This document shows, one piece after another, positions 25,995-36,526 of a DNA stretch of 64,000 nucleotides. A program made the translations under genes and the position numbers. Every line of letters begins with the position of its first letter. Position 1 is the first letter of the stretch. The stretch comes from Candidatus Bathyarchaeota archaeon (lineage in GTDB: Archaea > Thermoproteota > CALKCG01 > B24 > DRYS01): contig JAGTQC010000008.1 of assembly GCA_018396535.1 (NCBI GenBank), positions 207 through 64,206 of the forward strand, written 5' to 3'. Below the pieces are notes generated by a model that was not told the origin of the DNA, made no database searches, and saw only the letters and a list, made by a program, of their open reading frames with translations.

Positions 25995-27119
25995 ATGGAT
26001 GTATGCTTCGATAGACTTCTATCTATACTCCTACTCGAAGATCCTCCTGATAGGATACCATTCTACGATCTATTCGCAGATCTAGAGGTTATAGAAGCTT
26101 TAACAGGTTGCAAACTCTCGTTAGTTAGGGATCTTACGATCGGTAGGATTAAACGTATACTGGATGATGGATGTGAGGATAGGCTTAGACTCGATTACGA
26201 AGTTATCTTTAGATTCTATTATACACTCGGATACGATTATATACCTTTAACCCTCCCATCACCATTCCCTAGGTTTAACGTTAAACCTTGTAGGGATACC
26301 GCAGCTTTATCTCGAGGTTTAAGAATCTGGCAGGATGAATATAGAGGTACTATAGAATCTAGAGAAGATTTCGAAAGATATGATTGGCCTATAGAATCGG
26401 ATATACAGGATTCATACATAGCCTTATACCGTATACTCGAGAAGATCCTACCAGAAGGTATGATGGTGATACCTTTAACCCCAGGTGGTGTATTAGAGAA
26501 TGTTATGTGGCTTATGGGTACCGTACCATTCTCGAAAGCCATCTATACAGATATAACGCTAGTTAGGGATATGTTCGATAAGATAGGTAGGATCCTATCT
26601 TTTATATGCCGTCTAATGTCTGAGCAATCTATGGTTGGAGCTATATCTATGGGTGATGATATGGGTTATAAAAGTGGTCCTATGATATCACCTAGCCATC
26701 TAAGACGATATGTATTCCCATGGCATAAACTATGCGTAGATGAAGCTCATAGATCAGGTAAACCATTCATACTACATAGCTGTGGAAGGATAGATATCGT
26801 TATGGAGGATCTCATAGACTACGTAGGCATAGATGCTAAACATTCCTATGAAGACTCCTCATATCCTGTAACGAAGTATAAGAAGCTATACGGTGATAGA
26901 ATAGCTATACTCGGGGGTATAGATATGGATAAACTATCTAGGATGCCTCTAGAAGATTTCAAATCATATGTTAAATCCATTATAGATGAATGCGCTCCAG
27001 GCGGGGGATACGCTATCGGATGTGGGAATACTATAGCTAACTATGTAAAGATCGAGAATTATCTAGCTATGCTAGAGATAGGTAGAAGTTATGGTAGATA
27101 TAACCGTTTAAGATATTAA
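25995..27119 (+). CDS. uroporphyrinogen decarboxylase (URO-D/MtaA-like) family protein
   Basis: The C-terminal half (HSCGRIDIVMEDLIDYVGIDAKHSYED ... ILGGIDMDKL ... GGGYAIGCGNTI) matches the URO-D fold pattern. Confidence 0.65.
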   Translation: MDVCFDRLLSILLLEDPPDRIPFYDLFADLEVIEALTGCKLSLVRDLTIGRIKRILDDGCEDRLRLDYEVIFRFYYTLGYDYIPLTLPSPFPRFNVKPCRDTAALSRGLRIWQDEYRGTIESREDFERYDWPIESDIQDSYIALYRILEKILPEGMMVIPLTPGGVLENVMWLMGTVPFSKAIYTDITLVRDMFDKIGRILSFICRLMSEQSMVGAISMGDDMGYKSGPMISPSHLRRYVFPWHKLCVDEAHRSGKPFILHSCGRIDIVMEDLIDYVGIDAKHSYEDSSYPVTKYKKLYGDRIAILGGIDMDKLSRMPLEDFKSYVKSIIDECAPGGGYAIGCGNTIANYVKIENYLAMLEIGRSYGRYNRLRY

Positions 27120-27163
27120 AGAATTAAAGTTTAATATATCGGTGGATTCCAATCTATCTATCC

Positions 27164-27913
27164 GTGAATTCTAGAAGAGTATACTTCGTAGCGGTGTCAT
27201 CCATATCTACAGCATTAGTAGCTTTAGCTACTTTAGCTATACAAGTATCCATACCTACTACCCGTGGATACTTCAATATGGGTGAGGTTATGGTTTATAC
27301 GGTATCTCTAATATTCGGACCTAGGGTTGGAGGGTTAGCTGGGGGTCTAGGTTCTGCTCTAGCAGATATAGCTTCAGGCTATAGCTTCTACGCTCCGGCT
27401 ACGCTTGTAGCTAAAGGATTGGAAGGATATATAGTAGGTCGTATATCTAGGTTTAAACTGTGTATATCGCGTATATCCCATAGGATCCTATCGATAGCTA
27501 TACCTTTAATACTAACGTTAGCCTTCTGGTCTATCTCATCCCAGATGTATACAGGTTTAGCTGAGATTACTTTAATATACTATCCTTTAGAAGCTGAGAT
27601 ACCTCTAACCCTATGGATGATGGCGTCGATAGCTCTATTCATACTATTAACCGTATACGTATCTAGAGTAAGCTACGAGAATATGGTTAAAATCATCGCG
27701 ATACTATACGGTGGATCGGTTATGGTTCTATCCTACTATCTATATGAACAGATAGTGTTAGACGTCTATGCTTTAGTTGAAGTACCTATCAATATAGGTC
27801 AGATGCTGGTAGGTCTCATACTATCGATACCGTTATCAGAAGCTCTAGCTAGAATGAATTTACCTATGGTAATCGAAAATTATGACAGGTATTCTTCTAG
27901 GTCTAAGAGCTAA
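27164..27913 (+). CDS. ECF-transporter S-component-like membrane protein
   Basis: GYFNMGEVMVYTVSLIFGPRVGGLAGGLGSALADIASG ... APATLVAKGLEG is the typical S-component pattern. Multiple TM helices. Confidence 0.55.
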   Translation: MNSRRVYFVAVSSISTALVALATLAIQVSIPTTRGYFNMGEVMVYTVSLIFGPRVGGLAGGLGSALADIASGYSFYAPATLVAKGLEGYIVGRISRFKLCISRISHRILSIAIPLILTLAFWSISSQMYTGLAEITLIYYPLEAEIPLTLWMMASIALFILLTVYVSRVSYENMVKIIAILYGGSVMVLSYYLYEQIVLDVYALVEVPINIGQMLVGLILSIPLSEALARMNLPMVIENYDRYSSRSKS

Positions 27914-28591
27914 CCCTATTGCTAAACCTGCTATGAATCCTCCTATATGAGCCCAGAATGCTACCCCTGAGAAGTATAGCTGAGGTATTGTTACAGAGAG
28001 TATTCCTGCATATAGCTGGTATAAGAACCATCCTAATATGAATAATGCTGCGGGTATGCTTATAACAATAGGTATCCATCCTATCATAGTTACTATCCTA
28101 ACCGATGATGCTGGTAGTAGGACTAGATAAGCTCCGAGTATACCAGATATAGCTCCGGATGCTCCTACAGATGGTATATACTTGGGATCTATAATCTTCA
28201 TACCGGTCCATCCGTAGAGGATTATAGGCTCTGCTAGGTACACCTCTACGAGTGTATGAGCTATAGATGCAATCATCCCTGAAGCCATGTATAGTATGAA
28301 GAATCGGCGATGCCCTATCCTAGACTCTATAGGTCCACCGAATACTCCTAAGTATAGCATGTTACCTATTAGATGCATTATATCTCCATGAATAAACATC
28401 GATGTTACTATGGTATACAGAGCTTTACCCTCTACTATGTATGCAGGTGTTAATCCATACCTTTCTATAATATATTCATAGAATCTTCCCCCCGTATAAG
28501 CCATATACACCCATATAGCTACGTTTAAACCTATTAGGATCCAAGTTACTATAGGCGTTCTTCTAGGTATCCCAGCTTTCACAGGTATCAA
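27860..28591 (-). CDS. rhomboid family intramembrane serine protease
   Basis: FIHGDIMHLIGNMLYL and GASGAISGILGAYL (catalytic Ser) plus HIGGFIAG (His). About 6 TM helices. Confidence 0.85.
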   Translation of the reverse strand: MIPVKAGIPRRTPIVTWILIGLNVAIWVYMAYTGGRFYEYIIERYGLTPAYIVEGKALYTIVTSMFIHGDIMHLIGNMLYLGVFGGPIESRIGHRRFFILYMASGMIASIAHTLVEVYLAEPIILYGWTGMKIIDPKYIPSVGASGAISGILGAYLVLLPASSVRIVTMIGWIPIVISIPAALFILGWFLYQLYAGILSVTIPQLYFSGVAFWAHIGGFIAGLAIGLALRPRRIPVIIFDYHR

Positions 28592-28601
28592 GCTAAGGAA
28601 T

Positions 28602-29873
28602 CTAACGTGTTGGAATACTATATTTAAGCTTAGCTATCTCTCTAAAATTCTCATCCAGCCTTACAAACCCAGCTTTCAAACAGCTTATAGAGCCTCTATA
28701 TGGTGTTATAAGCTCTACGATACCCCTATCCCCATCAAGGAATATAGATCTCACCATACCTAAGCCTCTGAATACCTCTGTATGATCGTATATACCTACG
28801 AGTAGACCCTCGATAAGCTTATAGGGTATGACGATACATCTGACACCGCTATACTCCGTCTCTATAGGTTTATCAGAATCGATCCTAGCTATAACGTAGA
28901 GTATAGAACCAGTATGCTCGCCATAGATACAGTCGAAACCTAGAATTGTTGATATCTCCTTTAGCCTATCTGCTTGTAGTATAGCTCCTAAGCCTATAGG
29001 TAGATTTAGGAATCTAATCCATGAAATAGGTATCTTCCTAACAGCTGAATCGATGAAGTACTTCCTATAGCATAGCTCCCTCCTACTCTTCCTATCCGAT
29101 CTACTCTTCCCTCTTATACACTTCGGTGGTGGTAGCTTGATGATAGCTGATCCTATGATCTTCGCTTTATCCTCGATTAAACCTAGATCTATATCCCCGT
29201 CTATAACAACTACAACCCTAGGCTTCAACTCTTCTATAATCCTAGCCTTATATGGTATAGCCTCGGTGGTGAACCATCCATCAGTATTGGTCACCGTAGC
29301 TCTAGAACTTGATGAAGCTTTAGATTTAAGATATACCAGCGATCTTACAACCTCATCTATAGAGTTATATGGGGTAAGCGATCCTATGAATACAGCCTCT
29401 TCAAACTTGAGATTAAATAAATCTACGGTAGGTTTATCTAGCATTACATAGCTTAAAGCTCCAGGTGGACCTATATCCGTCTGACCTAGATCTCCATCGA
29501 TAACAGCTACAGGCTTTACACCCATATTCAAAATATAGTTCGCAAGCATTAGAGTGAAAGTAGATTTACCTACATCCACACCGCCAAGTACTAATGCATC
29601 TATTCGATCCAGCCTAGCTATATCTTCTATAGTTTCAATCCACTCTCTTGGGAAAACCTCTCCTTTAACCCTTTCAAAAGGTGGATTCGAAGCCGACACT
29701 ACCTCGATTTCGCTATCCTCTAGAAACTCTAGAGGTATACTTCTACCCTCTCGAACTATAATCTTCCCCCTACCCCTATACTCTACACCCAGTACTCTTA
29801 AAGCTCCTGATAATAGCCTAATACATGCAGGGCCATCAACTATTATCGAGTAACCCGCCTCAATTCTAGTCAT
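28602..29873 (-). CDS. Clp1/Grc3-type polynucleotide 5'-hydroxyl kinase
   Basis: P-loop GGVDVGKSTFTLMLANY, followed by IDGDLGQTDIGPPGALS, typical of Clp1-family kinases. Confidence 0.7.
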   Translation of the reverse strand: MTRIEAGYSIIVDGPACIRLLSGALRVLGVEYRGRGKIIVREGRSIPLEFLEDSEIEVVSASNPPFERVKGEVFPREWIETIEDIARLDRIDALVLGGVDVGKSTFTLMLANYILNMGVKPVAVIDGDLGQTDIGPPGALSYVMLDKPTVDLFNLKFEEAVFIGSLTPYNSIDEVVRSLVYLKSKASSSSRATVTNTDGWFTTEAIPYKARIIEELKPRVVVVIDGDIDLGLIEDKAKIIGSAIIKLPPPKCIRGKSRSDRKSRRELCYRKYFIDSAVRKIPISWIRFLNLPIGLGAILQADRLKEISTILGFDCIYGEHTGSILYVIARIDSDKPIETEYSGVRCIVIPYKLIEGLLVGIYDHTEVFRGLGMVRSIFLDGDRGIVELITPYRGSISCLKAGFVRLDENFREIAKLKYSIPTR

Positions 29874-29955
29874 ATTTCCACACCGTTTCCCAATCGAAGG
29901 TTTAGGCTACATAGAATTTAAACATAGGTTCTGCATATTAGTTTTAACCAGGTAT

Positions 29956-30627
29956 TTGACCCTACAATTCATACCTACCGGATGCTCTAAGCTAGATGAA
30001 CTATTAGGTGGAGGTATCCCGATAGGTAGGCTCACACTTATATATGGTGAAGCTAGTAGTGGTAAAACTACTATAGCTCTACAAGTATCAGTTTCAGCCG
30101 CTAGGATAGGTTTGAAGGTTCTATACATGGATTGCGATAATAGTCTCCGTATCGAAAGACTTAGAGCTATTACCAAGGAGGATTTCGATAATCTATCCAA
30201 ACGGATAATAGTATCTAGACCCGAAAGCTTCATAGAACAAAGCTTGATAATAGGATCACTACCTAGGATAATATCCAGGGATGTAGGTCTTGTAGTCGTG
30301 GATAGCATTACGAACCTATATCGTGAAGCTATATCTCTAGAAGAACCTTTCACAGTGAATTGGGAGTTTAATCGTCAGATAGCATTACTTAAAGAATCAG
30401 CTATAACGAAAAATATAGCGGTATTGGCTATAAGCCAAGTTAGAAGCGTCTTAGAAACTGGAGGTATCGAACCAGTATCTCGTAGGATTATGCTATACTG
30501 GCCTGATATCGTAATAACCCTTTCAAAGACTACTAGACCTGGTATCATCTTATGCGAAGTTAAGAAGGGAGGGGTCCCAGGAAAGTTCTACGCTCATATA
30601 TCAGATCAAGGCTTAGTATCCATCTAG
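29956..30627 (+). CDS. RadA paralogue (RadB/aRadC-like, KaiC-type ATPase)
   Basis: IPTGCSKLDELLGGGIPIGRLTLIYGEASSGKTTIALQ (Walker A) and VVVDSITNLY (Walker B). Confidence 0.8.
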   Translation: MTLQFIPTGCSKLDELLGGGIPIGRLTLIYGEASSGKTTIALQVSVSAARIGLKVLYMDCDNSLRIERLRAITKEDFDNLSKRIIVSRPESFIEQSLIIGSLPRIISRDVGLVVVDSITNLYREAISLEEPFTVNWEFNRQIALLKESAITKNIAVLAISQVRSVLETGGIEPVSRRIMLYWPDIVITLSKTTRPGIILCEVKKGGVPGKFYAHISDQGLVSI

Positions 30628-30633
30628 ATACGC

Positions 30634-31008
30634 TTATATTAGTTTACGCCATAATTTAGCATCAAAGAGTATGTATAATACTATAGATGATACTAGCAGC
30701 ATCGCCATCCCCACTATTAGAAGCATATTGCTAGTCCTAGGATCATAGGAATACCTATAGCTTATAGCTACCATGATTAAACCTAGAAAGCCTAAGGTAT
30801 ATAATCCAGCTATCGTTAGAGTCTCAGTAACGACTTGGTCTCGTATCGTAGGATTAACTATAGCTATCCTTCTACTCCCAGATGCATCTGTATAGATAAT
30901 GTATGGCTGCACCCCCTCCACGATAACGTATACGGATCCTGATAGAAGGAATACAGTTATAGCTATAGCGAGTATATAAATCCAGTATTCACCGAGTTTA
31001 ATCTTCAA
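30634..31008 (-). CDS. three-TM membrane protein, possible OSTC/DC2-like oligosaccharyltransferase accessory subunit
   Basis: 124 aa with 3 predicted TM helices, divergent from aglB. The pattern after TM1 (SGSVYVIVEGVQP...) and the Gly-rich TM2 resemble eukaryotic OSTC as I recall it. This is unverified. Confidence 0.45.
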   Translation of the reverse strand: MKIKLGEYWIYILAIAITVFLLSGSVYVIVEGVQPYIIYTDASGSRRIAIVNPTIRDQVVTETLTIAGLYTLGFLGLIMVAISYRYSYDPRTSNMLLIVGMAMLLVSSIVLYILFDAKLWRKLI

Positions 31009-31151
31009 CCTATAGCCACCTTATTACTAGTGGATTGGGTAATAGCTAAACATCTACTTAAATATTCCTAGTCTCTTATAACTGAAGGATCACCGTTAAC
31101 AAATAGTTCTTTGAAAACGTTTATAGCTGATGATCTTACTAATCTAAGATT

Positions 31152-31337
31152 ATGCCTCAGAGAATTATATGTAAATCATGTGGGCATATTCTCTATGAGA
31201 GTGTTGAATTCGTATACCCTGGAGAAGTCATAAATAGTTATGGCGGGGTATGTCCATCATGTAGATCTAAAATATTATTCAATGCAGATGATGCTAGGAT
31301 AGAGTTAAAGCCCGCTCAGAAGCATCGAATATCATAA
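31152..31337 (+). CDS. small zinc-ribbon protein
   Basis: 61 aa with CKSCGH ... CPSCRS, two CxxC pairs. Confidence 0.5.
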   Translation: MPQRIICKSCGHILYESVEFVYPGEVINSYGGVCPSCRSKILFNADDARIELKPAQKHRIS

Positions 31338-31391
31338 AAGGTTATATAATTCAAGCCCATCATCATTTAACCCCATGAGGTTAGAGGCTAC

Positions 31392-33533
31392 TTGAAGTTT
31401 AAACTAGGTATACCAACTTACATATCGGTAGAGAATCTAGCAAGGAGTATACTATCGTGGCTTAAAACGTTTTGGATCCCTATAACCCTAGCTATTATAT
31501 GTATGCTAGCATTCTATATAAGGATACAACCCCTACTAAATGTTTGGGATCTAGGCTTCTATCTACACGAATATGATACATACTTTCAGTATAGGGTAAC
31601 TGAGCGTATACTACATGAAGGTTTATCCTCATGGTATAGCTGGTATGATACTAGAAGTTGGTATCCATACGGCAGGGATATAGCTAAATCCAGCTACATA
31701 GGTTTACCGTTAGCTGGAGCTGTTTTCTACCGTATCATAGAACTGCTAGGTATAGATATCCCTCTAATAGGAGCTCTAGTATTATTCCCACCTATAATGG
31801 CTATCTTCATGTGTATATCGATATTCTTCCTAGGTCGGGAGATGGGGGGTAGTATAGTAGGCTTACTATCATCCCTACTTCTAGCCATAGCTCCTGCTAA
31901 CATAAGTAGGACGTTCGCAGGATGGTACGACGATGAATCTATAGGTATACTCACATTCATATTAACAATCCTATTCTACGTGAAAGCCGTTAAGAATAGG
32001 AATCTACACATTAGTCTAGCCTATAGTCTTATAGCAGGTTTATCGTTAGGCTATTTAATAGCTTCATGGGGTAGTAGCTTCTACGTACTAGCTCTCATAG
32101 CTCTATCTACGTTTATAGCTATGTTGGTATCCTTCGATAGGAATCTGGTAGTAGCATACATACCTATCGTAGCTGTGTCTGTTCTCATAGCTATGCAGAT
32201 ACCTAGAATAGGGTATAGCTTCCTCTATGATTCTACAGTTCTACTAAGCTACGGTATAGTAGTCCTACTACTATTGAAGTTGTGTCTAAGGAAGTTCTGT
32301 GGAGATAAGAGTGGTAGGATCTTCCTAGCTATCCTAGGTTTATCCGCGCTATCTAGTATAGTATCGATCGCTATGGGTATAATACGCTTACCTGGTGGTA
32401 AATATCTGGCAGTGATAAACCCGATCTATAAGAGGGAGGTTGCTTTAATAAGATCTGTTGGTGAGCATCAATCTACTACATGGGCTCAGTTATTCATGTC
32501 TACAGGCTTCCTAAGTCTTTTCATACCGTTCTACATCATTCAAGCTTTTAGAAAGCGTAGTTTCGAGCATATATTGGTATCCGTATGGGTCATCACATCT
32601 CTGTACTTTACAGCTTCATTCGCACGTTTAGAGCTACTGTTAGCCCCAGCTATATCAATCGTAGCGGCTTACAGTCTATATGAGATAGCTAAACCGTTAG
32701 CATCCTATACCGTATCTGTGAGTAAAGTTCGCCGCAATCGTAGAATACTATACGGTATGCGTAGGGATCTAGCTATAGCATCTATAGTTATGATAACGTT
32801 ACTAGCTATACTTCCGATAGCATACGTGGTGTATATAACGTACTTCTATTACGGCACCCTACCTAGTATACTAGAATTATCAGCACGTTATAATAGACCA
32901 TACACCGATTGGGTAGAGGCTTTAGCCTGGATGAAGGAGAATCTAGGGGGTAGATCCGTAGTATTATCATGGTGGGATTACGGATACTGGATAACCGTTC
33001 TAGGTAACTGTACTACTCTAGCAGATAACGCTACCATAAACTCTACCCAGATCGCTATCATAGCTAAGATCTTCATATCCCCGGAAAATACTTCCATCCC
33101 CCTCATGGAAAGATATAACGTTACACATATAGTCGTCTTCACAAGCTGGACTGCTATAGGTCAAGGTACAGGTATATTCATACCTGATGGCACTGGTGAA
33201 GAGGGTAAATTTATATGGATGATAAGAATAGCTAACGATGAATTCGGAGAATTCAACGAGACAAATTACATCGATGTAAACGTAGGTGCTCCGACTTCAA
33301 GATTCTACGAATCAGTATTAGGCAGAATCATACCATTCCAATTCTATACTAGGGATACACAGACGGGGTTAAACCTATACTTCTTCAAAGGCTTCTATCG
33401 ATCAAAATACCTAGAACCAGTATTCATATCTAGCAGTCTTAGAAAGGCTGAAGACCCATCATACTCAGGGTGGTGTGGTGGAGTTCTAATTTACAAGGTT
33501 AATTACCCTTCCACCATTAATACTACTCCGTAA
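31392..33533 (+). CDS. aglB: dolichyl-phosphooligosaccharide-protein glycotransferase AglB (STT3 homologue)
   Basis: 713 aa. The N-terminus has multiple TM helices, and the WWDYGYW motif lies in the C-terminal soluble domain. Confidence 0.9.
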   Translation: MKFKLGIPTYISVENLARSILSWLKTFWIPITLAIICMLAFYIRIQPLLNVWDLGFYLHEYDTYFQYRVTERILHEGLSSWYSWYDTRSWYPYGRDIAKSSYIGLPLAGAVFYRIIELLGIDIPLIGALVLFPPIMAIFMCISIFFLGREMGGSIVGLLSSLLLAIAPANISRTFAGWYDDESIGILTFILTILFYVKAVKNRNLHISLAYSLIAGLSLGYLIASWGSSFYVLALIALSTFIAMLVSFDRNLVVAYIPIVAVSVLIAMQIPRIGYSFLYDSTVLLSYGIVVLLLLKLCLRKFCGDKSGRIFLAILGLSALSSIVSIAMGIIRLPGGKYLAVINPIYKREVALIRSVGEHQSTTWAQLFMSTGFLSLFIPFYIIQAFRKRSFEHILVSVWVITSLYFTASFARLELLLAPAISIVAAYSLYEIAKPLASYTVSVSKVRRNRRILYGMRRDLAIASIVMITLLAILPIAYVVYITYFYYGTLPSILELSARYNRPYTDWVEALAWMKENLGGRSVVLSWWDYGYWITVLGNCTTLADNATINSTQIAIIAKIFISPENTSIPLMERYNVTHIVVFTSWTAIGQGTGIFIPDGTGEEGKFIWMIRIANDEFGEFNETNYIDVNVGAPTSRFYESVLGRIIPFQFYTRDTQTGLNLYFFKGFYRSKYLEPVFISSSLRKAEDPSYSGWCGGVLIYKVNYPSTINTTP

Positions 33534-34074
33534 CCTCTACATCCACAGCTATACCTTGCTTTATAAGCTGGATAGCATTTTCCTCCGGTATGTAAGCTAC
33601 ATCTTCAGCTTTAAAGGGACCGTAAACCTTGAGGTCTACCCCTACGAACGATGAAGTGGCACTCTTAAATCTTACAAGCTTCAGTCTCTCAACACTGGAA
33701 ATAGTCTCTGAAGGTATATACCTCCCTTCAACTATACGTCTAACCATACGGTTATATTCATCTATTATTCTCGATATCTCCCTAGCGTAAGGTTTTTCAT
33801 CATCTGTCAGCTTCTCCCACTCTATGCCCCCCCTCTTAGATGCATATATAATCTTGCTAAGTCTCAGGTAACATAAATCCTCGATAAGTTTAACACTAAT
33901 ATCTAAAACCTTAGCTAGAAGTTTTCCTTGTATACTCTCTCTATCTGCAAGCCTTCCTTCCTCCCTAAGTCTCTTTATAAAATCGTTAAGTCTCCTATAG
34001 AAATCCACAGGTAGAGATTGCAGCTCTAAACTGAACGCCTCTTTCTTCCAAGCATCTAGAAGCTCTTCGTACAC
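33523..34074 (-). CDS. GINS subunit (Gins15/Gins51 type)
   Basis: The helical A-domain (LQSLPVDFYRRL ... LRLSKII) and C-terminal B-domain (FVGVDLKVYGPFKAEDVAYIPEENAIQLIKQGIA) are both present. It lies directly downstream of priS, as in other crenarchaea. Confidence 0.7.
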   Translation of the reverse strand: MYEELLDAWKKEAFSLELQSLPVDFYRRLNDFIKRLREEGRLADRESIQGKLLAKVLDISVKLIEDLCYLRLSKIIYASKRGGIEWEKLTDDEKPYAREISRIIDEYNRMVRRIVEGRYIPSETISSVERLKLVRFKSATSSFVGVDLKVYGPFKAEDVAYIPEENAIQLIKQGIAVDVEVTE

Positions 34075-34085
34075 ACCTTTACCTC

Positions 34086-35336
34086 CTAGCTAGATATGTA
34101 TGCTACACCCTTGCATAACAATAAGAGTGCTGGTTGTAGTGGTAAGTATACATACTCATCTTTAAACGGTCCAAAATATTCCTCACCCACTCTAAACCTA
34201 GGTGATAGATGTACGTAGAGTTTAACCTGCTCATCAGAATTCCTAAACGGCATAGCTTCAGATAGTGGATCATAATCTTCTAGAGATTCCATACTGGATC
34301 CAACCCTAGCTTTAATGAATCCAGTTTTACCGTGAAGAGAACCTGGTAGACGTATTAGCCTATGTGTATCGAGCGTAACTACTGGATCTATCCTAACCGC
34401 TAGGTACTCTACGACTTTAGCTATAAGCTTTCTAAGATTCGCTACCCCTATCTCTCTAGCTATCCCATCAAACTCCCCCTCCAATACCTTCTCCAGAATT
34501 CTATCCCTACTATTAACTATAGCTTCAACCCCCCTCCTTCCTAAACCTATAGCGCTAAACCCCTCGATAGATGTTGAAGATATAAAATCATATAACGCTC
34601 TAATCATCCTAAGCTTAGCTCCATTCACACCTTTCGATATGATCATCCGATCAAGGTATATAGTAGGATCTAAGCCTACACATAGCAGATAATCTGCTAT
34701 CTCCCTTCTAGCATTCTGGTCGAGCCCCTCAACCTCTCCAGATACGTGTATATGGAAACCTCTATGTCCAGAGAAGTATATATTCACAGTATCCTCCCTT
34801 ATACCAAAATCCGAGGATAGAATATCTAAAAGCTTCATAGCTTCACGTTTAGCCGCTATCAAACATCCTTCACAGAACCATACTCTCTGCTCAAGCTTAT
34901 CCCCGCCGCAGTTAGGACACTTATCAGGTGCTTCACCAACCCCTTCACATCCACATGATAAGCATAACCACCGGTCATGCTCAACTTTACAGTTAGTAGG
35001 TATATGATCTGCATCTATATCGAAAATAAGCTCAGCCCCCATCCATCCTTTTGCATCCATAGATGCAGTAGGATTTATATACAAAGCCGAGGAGTAGTAG
35101 CAATCTGAAGGATTATTCCTCCTAAGGTATTCTATAAGCTCATCTTTAGTTCTAAACGATAAATGTCTTACTATGCCTTTATCGAATAAGTTGAAACCGA
35201 ACTCTCTGCTAGCTATCCTTGTGGGCTCTTCGATAAACTTTCTAGCTATTTTTGAATAATACCTTGAGAATATACTCTTCACAAACCTCTTCGTATCCTG
35301 TTTAAGCTTCTCCCCGCTCTCCCCCAACAGTATCAC
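34086..35336 (-). CDS. priS: DNA primase small (catalytic) subunit PriS
   Basis: ELIFDIDADH catalytic acidic motif, Zn-binding CLSCGC...CPNCGG insertion, and FSGHRGFHIHV and RLPGSLHGKTG motifs. Confidence 0.85.
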   Translation of the reverse strand: MILLGESGEKLKQDTKRFVKSIFSRYYSKIARKFIEEPTRIASREFGFNLFDKGIVRHLSFRTKDELIEYLRRNNPSDCYYSSALYINPTASMDAKGWMGAELIFDIDADHIPTNCKVEHDRWLCLSCGCEGVGEAPDKCPNCGGDKLEQRVWFCEGCLIAAKREAMKLLDILSSDFGIREDTVNIYFSGHRGFHIHVSGEVEGLDQNARREIADYLLCVGLDPTIYLDRMIISKGVNGAKLRMIRALYDFISSTSIEGFSAIGLGRRGVEAIVNSRDRILEKVLEGEFDGIAREIGVANLRKLIAKVVEYLAVRIDPVVTLDTHRLIRLPGSLHGKTGFIKARVGSSMESLEDYDPLSEAMPFRNSDEQVKLYVHLSPRFRVGEEYFGPFKDEYVYLPLQPALLLLCKGVAYISS

Positions 35337-36378
35337 CCTCCTTTATCCTTATAACCCTACGTATACCCCTTCTATAACGTATAAGTGGATGTTTGACCCC
35401 TCTACATCTTTCATCTTCTAAGCATAAACCATGCGTCTTCAACGTCGAGCAGCTTGGAGATGTATACTTAGTCATAGATCCCCTCATACCCGCTATATGC
35501 TCAACCTGGTACCTGGTTATCCTTTCATTAGCATCCGGTATAGATATAAACATCTTAACTACATCATCTACTGTTAAGCCTATATTGAGTAAAAAGCTTG
35601 CAAGAGTAAACCTAGCTATGTGAGGTAGATGTTTTCCCTCCTTCAAAGTTGTATACATAGCTTTTATGCATGGTGGGAGAGCATCCTCTACGAATCCTAC
35701 CTCGGCTCCAGTCCATTCGCCATACTTTGCTCTTCTATCAGAAAGCATACCTATGATAGCTACAAGCTTAGCCTCCAATCTACGCGGAGGTTTAGCATCA
35801 CTGAGCAAAGGTTTAGCTAAAATATTTAGAAGATTATCTTGGATAGCTTCTGATAGAAGTCTTATAAGTTCCCTCCTAGAAAGTAAAACCCATCCTTCAT
35901 CTAGGATCCTGTTAACAAGCTTCCATCTAGGATCATGGAATCTTGAAGCGTACCTAATGTAATCTATGACGTAGAGCTTCGCGTAGACCCCCTTCACATC
36001 CACTCTGAAACCTAAACGTGAAGCTAATGTCGCTATCAGGAAGCTTGGTTCTCCTTCTAAAAGCTCCCTCGCTCTTAAAGATTCTGCTAACGCATACCTC
36101 CTTTTAAGAAATTCATCACCTGCAAACTTAACCAGAAGAATAGCTACAGGGAATGATGCTATCTCTAGTCTAGGATCATCAAGGTTTAACGAAACGATAC
36201 CCCTCTCTATAGCTTCGACTACACGTAGATATGCTCTATCGATTACCGGTTGAAAATAGTCTGCATCGAAATCCTTAGTTGTAACCCCCATCTCTTCTAG
36301 ATACTCAGCCGCCTCCCTTAGAAAGGGATATTTAGCTAAATCCCTCTCAGTAAATTTGTAGCCCTTGTTTAAAGCCAT
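35302..36378 (-). CDS. priL: DNA primase large subunit PriL
   Basis: 358 aa. The C-terminal Fe-S domain has PPCI ... SPSCSTLKTHGLCLEDERC. It overlaps priS. Confidence 0.8.
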   Translation of the reverse strand: MALNKGYKFTERDLAKYPFLREAAEYLEEMGVTTKDFDADYFQPVIDRAYLRVVEAIERGIVSLNLDDPRLEIASFPVAILLVKFAGDEFLKRRYALAESLRARELLEGEPSFLIATLASRLGFRVDVKGVYAKLYVIDYIRYASRFHDPRWKLVNRILDEGWVLLSRRELIRLLSEAIQDNLLNILAKPLLSDAKPPRRLEAKLVAIIGMLSDRRAKYGEWTGAEVGFVEDALPPCIKAMYTTLKEGKHLPHIARFTLASFLLNIGLTVDDVVKMFISIPDANERITRYQVEHIAGMRGSMTKYTSPSCSTLKTHGLCLEDERCRGVKHPLIRYRRGIRRVIRIKEGDTVGGERGEA

Positions 36379-36526
36379 ACTCTAACCAAGAAAAATATAC
36401 CATCTAGCGATAAAACTTTTCTATAATCCTATATTCGAATAAACTTAACCTCCTAGTCAATGCTTATCATACCGTATTGCTAACTGTAACGTTTATACGC
36501 TTAATAAGCACCATATCTTTATAGGG

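Noticed and set aside
29907-30353. 148-aa minus-strand ORF overlapping the radB-like gene.
   Set aside because: It is antisense to a gene with Walker A/B motifs, and its composition is typical of shadow frames.
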